Below, piece after piece: positions 1 through 5,016 of a stretch of DNA of 5,016 nucleotides. The position numbers and the translations under genes are program-made. The notes under the pieces are model-generated. The model was not told where the DNA came from, made no database searches, and was given only the letters and a program-made list of their open reading frames with translations. Where the stretch lies: positions 1 through 5,016 of the forward strand of contig NW_021830265.1 in the NCBI RefSeq assembly GCF_006345805.1, written 5' to 3'. The DNA is from Octopus sinensis. Its lineage: Eukaryota. Every line of letters starts with the position of its first letter. Position 1 is the stretch's first letter.

Positions 1-692
1 AGATACGTCAGGTAAAGTCGTTTGTTATTGAATAAGCCAATGCCGGTAGAGCAATAACGAAATCCTGAATGAACGAAAGGAATAATGATAAATGTGCAGA
101 CGGGCATTCTCGAATCTTACAGTAAATGTAAAATTACTTTATAGATTTATGTTAAAAGAAAAATTACATTAGAGATTCGTAGTCAGAAAGAAAGAGAGAA
201 ATTTATGACACGAAATCGCTGTCTTTATTTCAAAAGGTCAGAGAGTTTATGTACAGTTTAAAACAGCTAAAGCAGGGGTCAGTTTATCAGAAATTCAAAA
301 TTAGCCATTTACATAGCGCAACTTTTGTCTGTCATTGATTCAGAGCTATAATTTTGTTAAACACTGACCTCTTTCGGTCTCAAAATTCCAATAATGGGTT
401 TTAGCCAGTTATTTAACACAACTATTGTCTGTTGTTGATGTACTGCTATAACATTGCTTCGTACCACTGTCAGACATCTTTCGAGCATTCGCTCTCAAAA
501 CTCCAATAATAGGTTCTTTTTATAAGGACAATGATGAGAGTAATCAACTTAACACATCCTTCATGATCACTTATTACTGAAAATGCATTCGCTTCAGCAT
601 GATCTTTTTCGCAGCAGATCAGTGTCGGAACTCGAGTCCCGATGTATATTTTCTACGTATGTATTACAACTTATAAAGTCTACTGTACTTTC

Positions 693-834
693 CTAAGCCC
701 GAACATGAGGGACCTGGCTACATTGAAGAAGTTGTTGATCCCCGATTCCTCTGATTGGCCACCTGAGACGAGCACGGCAGACATCTTCATTCCTTGTATT
801 ACTGGAATCTACCATGTTGATGATGGTGAAATGT
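693..834 (-). other. Weak candidate internal or terminal exon of a minus-strand host gene
   Basis: Good 3' splice site on the minus strand (AAATTTTTCTTTCAG|ACAT, AG at plus 835-836) with a TTGAC branch-like motif ~40 nt upstream. It is followed by higher-GC unique sequence with one open frame (HFTIINMVDSS...PHVRA*). No recognisable protein family. Confidence 0.22.
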
Positions 835-976
835 CTGAAAGAAAAATTTGGGTGCGTAGCGTATAACTTTGCGTCAAAGCGTGCATCTTTCATATATGAC
901 TTCTTAAAACTTCTTCGCAAATAGACGGCGCGCTAAATATAAAAATACATTTGTACAAATACATCCATACCTATAC

Positions 977-1033
977 ATCAGATACATAAACATAATAATA
1001 ATCAGATACATAATCAGATACATAAACATAATA
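977..1033. repeat. Short imperfect tandem repeat built on ATCAGATACATA(AACATAATA)
   Basis: ATCAGATACATA occurs three times, twice extended by AACATAATA, immediately upstream of the SINE. Confidence 0.75.
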
Positions 1034-1047
1034 TATACATAGACATA

Positions 1048-1457
1048 GCGCAGGAGTGGCTGGTGGTAAGTAGCTTGTTTACCAACCACACGGTTCCGGG
1101 TTCAGTCCCACTGCGTGGCACCTTGGGCAAGTGTCTTCTACTATAGCCTCGGGCCGACCAAAGCCTTGTGAGTGGATTTGGTAGACGGAAACTGAAAGAA
1201 GCTCGTCGTATATATGTATATATATATATGTGTATGTGTGTGTGTTTGTGTGTCTGTGTTTGTCCCCCTAGCATTGCTTGACAACCGATGCTGGTGTGTT
1301 TATGTCCCCGTTACTTAGCGGTTCGGCAAAAGAGACTGATAGAATAAGTATTGGGCTTACAAAGAATAAGTCCCGGGAGTCGAGTTGCTCGACTAAAGGC
1401 AGCGCTCCAGCATGGCCGCACTCAAATGACTGAAACAAGTAAAAGAGTAAAAGAGTA
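1048..1457 (+). mobile_element. Near full-length tRNA-derived SINE (octopus-type, internal microsatellite)
   Basis: tRNA-like head with A box TGGCTGGTGG (1057-1066) and B box GGTTCAGTCCC (1099-1109). These are followed by CACCTTGGGCAAGTG, which resembles the start of the CORE-SINE domain. An internal (TA)/(TG) tract lies at ~1209-1260. The 3' region has a stem-loop at 1378-1394 and a short tandem tail AAGT-AAAAGAGT-AAAAGAGT. Homologous segments recur six more times in the window. Confidence 0.92.
1057..1109 (+). promoter_or_regulatory. RNA polymerase III type-2 internal promoter (A box and B box) of the SINE
   Basis: TGGCTGGTGG approximates the TRGCNNARYGG A box. GGTTCAGTCCC approximates the GGTTCRANNCC B box. 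The spacing of ~32 nt is tRNA-like. Confidence 0.8.
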
Positions 1458-1554
1458 TACGTTTACATATATTTATAAACAGGGAGAAATATAGGTGTCT
1501 CTCCGTAGATTCAAAAACAGTGAAGTACAGCCTCCATCAATTTTCGAATCAGCC

Positions 1555-1652
1555 ACTTTGCACGTTAATTTCACGAGCAGACTGTTACGTTGATCGGATC
1601 AACTGGAACGTTCGTCGTCGTAACCGACGGAGAGCCAGATACATACATACAT
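1555..1652 (+). mobile_element. Probable 3' end of a second, 5'-truncated retroposon (SINE/LINE tail) ending in (ATAC)n
   Basis: CpG-rich island in an AT-rich background with two small inverted repeats: GTTGATC-G-GATCAAC (1589-1603) and CGTCG-TAAC-CGACG (1616-1629). It ends in ATACATACATACAT. It resembles a repeat I recall from octopus sequence; not verifiable here. Confidence 0.5.
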
Positions 1653-1855
1653 GAAAAAGAGCCTTGACGTAGGTACAACATTCTCAAAGTATGTAGGATT
1701 GGAGTTTGGTCGGGATATAATGTTGTTATATGGTTGCGAAAAGGGGGGAAACTATAAACCAGACTAGTACCGACTCCATTAATGATTTGACTGTTTCCCT
1801 TGAATCTGACGAGGAATGTTACAGGTATCTCGGGGTGGATGAAAATATGTCTTAA
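1651..1855 (+). pseudogene. Degenerate non-LTR retrotransposon reverse transcriptase fragment (region after the YxDD motif; R4/Dong-like)
   Basis: From 1651 the frame reads MKKSLDVGTTFSKYVGLEFGRD. After a +1 frameshift at ~1717-1720 it reads (K)CCYMVAKRGETINQTSTDSINDLTVSLESDEECYRYLGVDENMS* (TAA at 1853-1855). This fits the LINE RT pattern 'LDLVTTFSKDIGMEFGxDKC....YKYLGxDENIS' in both order and spacing. Confidence 0.8.
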
Positions 1856-1881
1856 AATTTTAAAATATATCTTAAAATTTT
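1842..1881. repeat. 20-bp tandem duplication at the RT/foldback junction
   Basis: AAAATATGTCTTAAAATTTT (1842-1861) followed by AAAATATATCTTAAAATTTT (1862-1881), with one mismatch. Confidence 0.85.
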
Positions 1882-1980
1882 CTTTGCGTCTTGCAACCTT
1901 TTCAATAGTCTTGACTCAAGACTATTCAAGACTAGTCTTGACTATTGAAAAGGTTGCAAGACGCAAGGAAAATTTTAGGA
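1870..1980. mobile_element. Small foldback/MITE-like element with 41-bp inverted arms and nested palindromes
   Basis: 1870-1910 is the reverse complement of 1940-1980 with two mismatches, around a 29-nt spacer. Nested palindromes are AATAGTCTTGA-C-TCAAGACTATT (1904-1926) and TCAAGACTAGTCTTGA (1926-1941). The inverted repeat is certain; mobility is inferred. Confidence 0.7.
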
Positions 1981-2127
1981 AAACAAAGATAAGAAATAAG
2001 TGGAAATTTTACCGGTGAGTGTGTTATATTATAAGGCGCAAATAGAAAATGACTCTCCAGATACAACAGAACATGCTTCAACACACGAACTCAAATAAAG
2101 AATCTTGCAAACCAAATCCAAAACGAA

Positions 2128-2157
2128 ATATATATATGTGTGTGTTTCTGTGGTGTG

Positions 2158-2205
<48 letters not shown>

Positions 2206-2234
2206 TGTGTGTTGTGTGTGTGTGTCTGTGTGTG
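2128..2234. repeat. Compound (AT)n/(TG)n microsatellite
   Basis: Short AT run followed by ~95 nt of interrupted TG dinucleotide. Confidence 0.95.
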
Positions 2235-2385
2235 ACGAGCTTCTTTCAGTCTACCAAATCACTCACAAGGCTTTGGTTGGCCCGAGGCTATCGTAGAAAG
2301 ACACTTGCCCAAAACTTCACATAGTGGGACTAAACCCAGGACCATGTGGTTGGTAAGCAAGTTTATTTTCATACAACCACGCTTG
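2234..2385 (-). mobile_element. SINE 5' half (same family as 1048-1457), reverse orientation, diverged
   Basis: The reverse complement aligns with ~1050-1208, e.g. GACACTTGCCCAA, ACTCACAAGGCTTTGG and CTTCTTTCAGT. It runs into a TG tract where the internal microsatellite is expected. Confidence 0.9.
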
Positions 2386-2440
2386 TGTGTATGTGTGGGG
2401 CGTGTGTGTGTGTGGTGTGTGTGTGTGTGTGTGTGTGTGT
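2386..2440. repeat. (TG)n microsatellite
   Basis: Interrupted TG run between two SINE heads. Confidence 0.95.
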
Positions 2441-2592
2441 GACGGGCTTCTTTCAGTCTGCCAAATCCACTCACAAGGCTTTGGTTGGCCCGAGGCTATC
2501 GTAGAAAGACACTTGCCCAAGGTGCCACATGGTGGGACTGAACCCAGGACCATTTGGTTGAGAAACAAGTTTCTTGTCATACAGCCACGCTT
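2441..2592 (-). mobile_element. SINE 5' half, reverse orientation, second tandem copy
   Basis: The reverse complement aligns with ~1050-1208, including the B box (GGGACTGAACC on the + strand) and GACACTTGCCCAAGGTGCCAC. Confidence 0.9.
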
Positions 2593-2799
2593 TTGTGTAT
2601 GTGTGGGCGTGTATGTGGGGGGTGTATGTTTTACGTCTACAAATATGATTGCAGTGATGAATTAAGCCTCAAACGACATCCAGCGTCGCATGAATTATTC
2701 AGGGTCGTAGTTAGTTGTGACTGTGAGAGAAGAGAAGACTAATTGAAATAAAGTACGGAAGGCCGGAAGAAGAATAATGTTATTGTAACAAGGTTTAAT

Positions 2800-2902
2800 C
2801 TGTCCCTGCCTGTCTCTCTCACCTTTTCCGTCTCACTCCTCCTTTCCCGTTCTCTGTCTCTATCTCCCTCCCACCATTTCTCTCTCTCTCTCTCTCTCTC
2901 TT
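2800..2902. repeat. Pyrimidine-rich tract ending in (TC)n
   Basis: C/T-dominated sequence with pure TC repeat at ~2879-2900. Confidence 0.9.
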
Positions 2903-2959
2903 CACCATACATGTATCTATATATACACATATACGCATATTTTAACGACATATATGCCT

Positions 2960-3059
2960 ATATATATATACACACACACACTCACAGATGTATATATATA
3001 TACATGGATGGATGTATATATATTATTTATTTATAAATATATGTGCAGGTGTCTCTCTC

Positions 3060-3098
<39 letters not shown>

Positions 3099-3330
3099 CA
3101 CATGTATACACACACACACACACCACACACACACACTCACAAATATATATATACATGGATGTATGTATATATATATATTATTTATTTATAAATATATGTT
3201 CAGGTGTGTCTCTTTTGAGTTGCACTGGCTGTGTCTGTGTGTGCGTGCGTATATACATATGTGTGTAGGCTTGTGTACATGCGTATGTATGTGTGTGTAT
3301 GTGTGTGTGTATGTGTTTGCGCGTGTGTGT
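2960..3330. repeat. Compound (TA)/(CA)/(CT)/(TG) microsatellite region containing a ~155-bp-period duplication
   Basis: The block CACACTCACA..TACATGGATG..TATTATTTATTTATAAATATATGT(G/T)CAGGTGT occurs at ~2971-3057 and ~3126-3213. Degenerate TG/TATG repeats continue to ~3330. Confidence 0.85.
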
Positions 3331-3410
3331 AATAACCTGGATTATGTTGTGTGAATACCTGTCAAATTGTAACATGAAAACAGAGGAAGAGAATGTATCT
3401 ATCTTTCATT

Positions 3411-3413
<3 letters not shown>

Positions 3414-3470
<57 letters not shown>

Positions 3471-3490
3471 CACACACACACACACACACA
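3414..3490. repeat. (TC)n(AC)n compound microsatellite
   Basis: About 42 nt of TC repeat followed by about 34 nt of AC repeat. Confidence 0.95.
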
Positions 3491-3629
3491 GTTTCTTTCC
3501 TAACCATATATTTCTGGGTTCTGGCCGACTGCGTGGTACCTTAGTCAATTACTTTCTATTAAAGCCTCAGGCCGACCAAAGCCTTGTGAGTGGATTCGGT
3601 AGACGGAAACTGAAAGAAGACTGTCGTGT
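3491..3629 (+). mobile_element. Diverged SINE 5' half lacking the A box
   Basis: Aligns with ~1073-1210, e.g. ACTGCGTGGTACCTTAGTCAA and GGCCGACCAAAGCCTTGTGAGTGGATTCGGTAGACGGAAACTGAAAGAAG. The B box is degenerate. Confidence 0.85.
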
Positions 3630-3641
3630 ATCAATAGACAG

Positions 3642-3651
3642 ATATATAATA

Positions 3652-3685
<34 letters not shown>
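3642..3685. repeat. (TA)n microsatellite, interrupted
   Basis: TA run with an AATATAATATT interruption. Confidence 0.95.
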
Positions 3686-3689
<4 letters not shown>

Positions 3690-3772
3690 GGCACAGGAAG
3701 TGGCTTTGTCGAGCCGACCAAAACCTTGTGAGTGTATCTGCTAGACGGAAACTGAAAGAAGACTGTCGTGTA
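3690..3772 (+). mobile_element. Internally deleted, chimeric SINE head (A-box region joined to the post-B-box region)
   Basis: GGCACAGGAAGTGGCT is joined directly to TCGAGCCGACCAAAACCTTGTGAG. About 85 nt equivalent to 1064-1148, including the B box, are missing. Confidence 0.85.
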
Positions 3773-3781
3773 TCAATAGAC

Positions 3782-3783
<2 letters not shown>

Positions 3784-3862
<79 letters not shown>
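3784..3862. repeat. (TA)n microsatellite
   Basis: About 78 nt of TA repeat with a single phase shift near 3837. Confidence 0.97.
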
Positions 3863-3888
3863 GGGTGTGTGTGATTGTGTATAGAAGA

Positions 3889-4317
3889 ATATATTAATAA
3901 AAGGAATTCCAACCTTGTCTGATTTTCACGTTTTATTTACAATCTTATAATGATATATTATAAGATAATATATTATAATTGAATAAAATAAAATGAAATA
4001 GTAGAATGTTAAATGTTCATTCTGATTGAACTAGTACTTTCATGCATTGAATTTTGCAATCTTCGGGTTCATGTAGTAGTGTTGACAGAATCAATCATCT
4101 TGCTACAGTCAAAAATTGTGAAGCATGACTGTCAACACTACTACATGAACCCGAAGATTGCAGAATTCAATGCATGAAAGTACTAGTTCAATCAGAATGA
4201 ATTTAACATTCTACTATTTAATTTTATTTTATTCAATTATAATATGTTATCTTATAATATATCATTATAAGATTGTAAATAAAACGTGAAAATCAGACAA
4301 GGTTGGAATTCTTTTTA

Positions 4318-4326
<9 letters not shown>
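3889..4326. mobile_element. Large foldback/palindromic element (MITE-like) with ~200-bp inverted arms and a 40-bp spacer
   Basis: 3889-4088 is the reverse complement of 4129-4326 with four substitutions and one 2-nt indel, by manual comparison. The spacer is 4089-4128. Termini read ATATATTAATAAAAGGAATTCC and GGAATTCTTTTTATTAATATAT. The inverted repeat is certain; transposon status is inferred. Confidence 0.75.

Positions 4327-4349
<23 letters not shown>
4321..4349. repeat. (AT)n microsatellite
   Basis: Pure AT run abutting the right arm of the palindrome. Confidence 0.95.
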
Positions 4350-4353
<4 letters not shown>

Positions 4354-4617
4354 GGCACAGGAGTGGCTGTATCGAGCCGACCAAAACGTGAGTGTATCTG
4401 CTAGACGGAAACTGAAAGAAACCAATGGTATATGTGCGTGTGTGTGTGTTTGTTCCCGCAACATCGCTTGACAACCGATGGTGGTGTGCCTTGGCGTAAC
4501 TTAGCGGTTCGGCGAAAGAACCGATAGAATAAGTACTAGGCTTGCAAACAATAAGTCCAGGGGGCGATTTCTTCGACTAGAAGCATTGCTCCAGCATGGC
4601 CGCAGTCAAATGACTGA
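4354..4617 (+). mobile_element. SINE copy with internally deleted head (no B box) and retained 3' half
   Basis: Carries the same deleted head as 3690-3760, then a short TG tract. It then matches 1255-1433, e.g. GCTTGACAACCGATG, ACTTAGCGGTTCGGC, GATAGAATAAGTA and GCTCCAGCATGGCCGCAGTCAAATGACTGA. Confidence 0.9.
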
Positions 4618-4634
4618 TATAAATTATATATATG

Positions 4635-4843
4635 GTGTGTCTATTTTGTGTTTGTCCCTACCAACGCTTAACAACCGGTATTGGTTTTCTTATTCTCCGC
4701 AACTTAGCGGCTCGCCAAATAGAAACTCATAGTATAAGTAGCAGCCCTAGGAAATGTACTAGGGTTGATTCGTTCAGCTAAACACTTCTAGGTGGTGCCC
4801 CAGTATGGCCGCAGTCTAATGAGTGAAACATGTAAAAGATAAA
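4635..4843 (+). mobile_element. Older, diverged SINE 3' half
   Basis: TGTGTTTGTCCC, GCTTAACAACCGGT, AACTTAGCGGCTCG and CCAGTATGGCCGCAGTCTAATGAGTGAAACATGTAAAAGA are collinear with 1255-1447. Confidence 0.85.
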
Positions 4844-4871
4844 CGATACATACATGCGTGTGTGTCTGCCT

Positions 4872-4920
4872 GATAGATAGATAGACAGACAGACAGACAG
4901 ATAGGCACAGACAGACAGAC

Positions 4921-4966
<46 letters not shown>

Positions 4967-4971
4967 GTAGG

Positions 4972-5004
<33 letters not shown>

Positions 5005-5016
5005 GGATGGATGGAT
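4872..5016. repeat. Compound tetranucleotide microsatellite (GATA)n/(GACA)n/(GGTA)n/(GGAT)n
   Basis: Direct reading; the repeat runs off the window end. Confidence 0.97.

Noticed and set aside
642-866. 74-aa plus-strand ORF
   Set aside because: No recognisable motif and a length within chance expectation. The splice signal nearby favours the opposite strand, if anything.
1048-1120. Possible tRNA gene
   Set aside because: The A and B boxes are present but I could not fold a proper cloverleaf, and the sequence continues into a repeat body found many times here. It is a SINE head.
1184-1208. GACGGAAACTGAAAGAAGCTCGTC in the SINE as a possible ribozyme core
   Set aside because: CTGAAAG does not fit CUGANGA and only a short hairpin can form.
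904-1274. Minus-strand ORFs 904-1089 and 1014-1274
   Set aside because: They are translations of the SINE and simple repeats (YMY and HTHI runs) with no coding signature.
1495-1555. Possible upstream continuation of the RT fragment containing the catalytic DD motif
   Set aside because: Only a vague S-V-D reading is present. No (Y/F)xDD motif could be recovered.
1806-1845. CTGACGA...GAAA, resembling a hammerhead ribozyme core
   Set aside because: No helix II or flanking helices can be formed, and the bases are explained as RT codons (S-D-E...D-E-N).
1800-2018. 72-aa ORF spanning the small foldback
   Set aside because: It starts at TTG, is in a different frame from the RT motif, and reads through a palindrome.
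2019-2098. VLYYKAQIEN reading, faintly like a Penelope GIY-YIG N-terminal strand
   Set aside because: No following YIG motif and a stop soon after; insufficient evidence.
2049-3912. Numerous ORFs with CVCV, HTHT, LSLS and YIYI runs
   Set aside because: Stop-free dinucleotide microsatellites and SINE fragments generate these artefactually.
4013-4177. 54-codon ORF (MFILIELVLSC...EFNA*) crossing the centre of the large palindrome
   Set aside because: Short, no transposase or other motif, and largely dictated by the inverted symmetry.
3600-4420. Recurring TAGACGGAAACTGAAAGAA as a CRISPR-like repeat
   Set aside because: Spacing is irregular, each copy lies inside a SINE, the context is eukaryotic, and there are no cas genes.

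Overview
AT-rich, eukaryotic, essentially non-coding DNA packed with retroposon copies and microsatellites. The dominant repeat is a tRNA-headed SINE with an internal (TA)/(TG) tract, which I recognise from memory as typical of octopus (coleoid cephalopod) genomes; this taxonomic call is unverified. The window holds one near-full-length SINE (1048-1457) and six partial or rearranged copies. It also holds a frameshifted non-LTR retrotransposon RT fragment missed by the ORF track (1651-1855), a ~110-bp foldback with nested palindromes (1870-1980) and a ~440-bp near-perfect palindrome in TA-rich sequence (3889-4326). Several local duplications can be reconstructed from shared diagnostic mutations. 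None of the supplied ORFs looks like a real gene, apart from one weak candidate minus-strand exon (~693-834). I see no clear evidence of a novel protein-coding system. The best leads are the two foldback elements and the chimeric-SINE duplication around the large palindrome.
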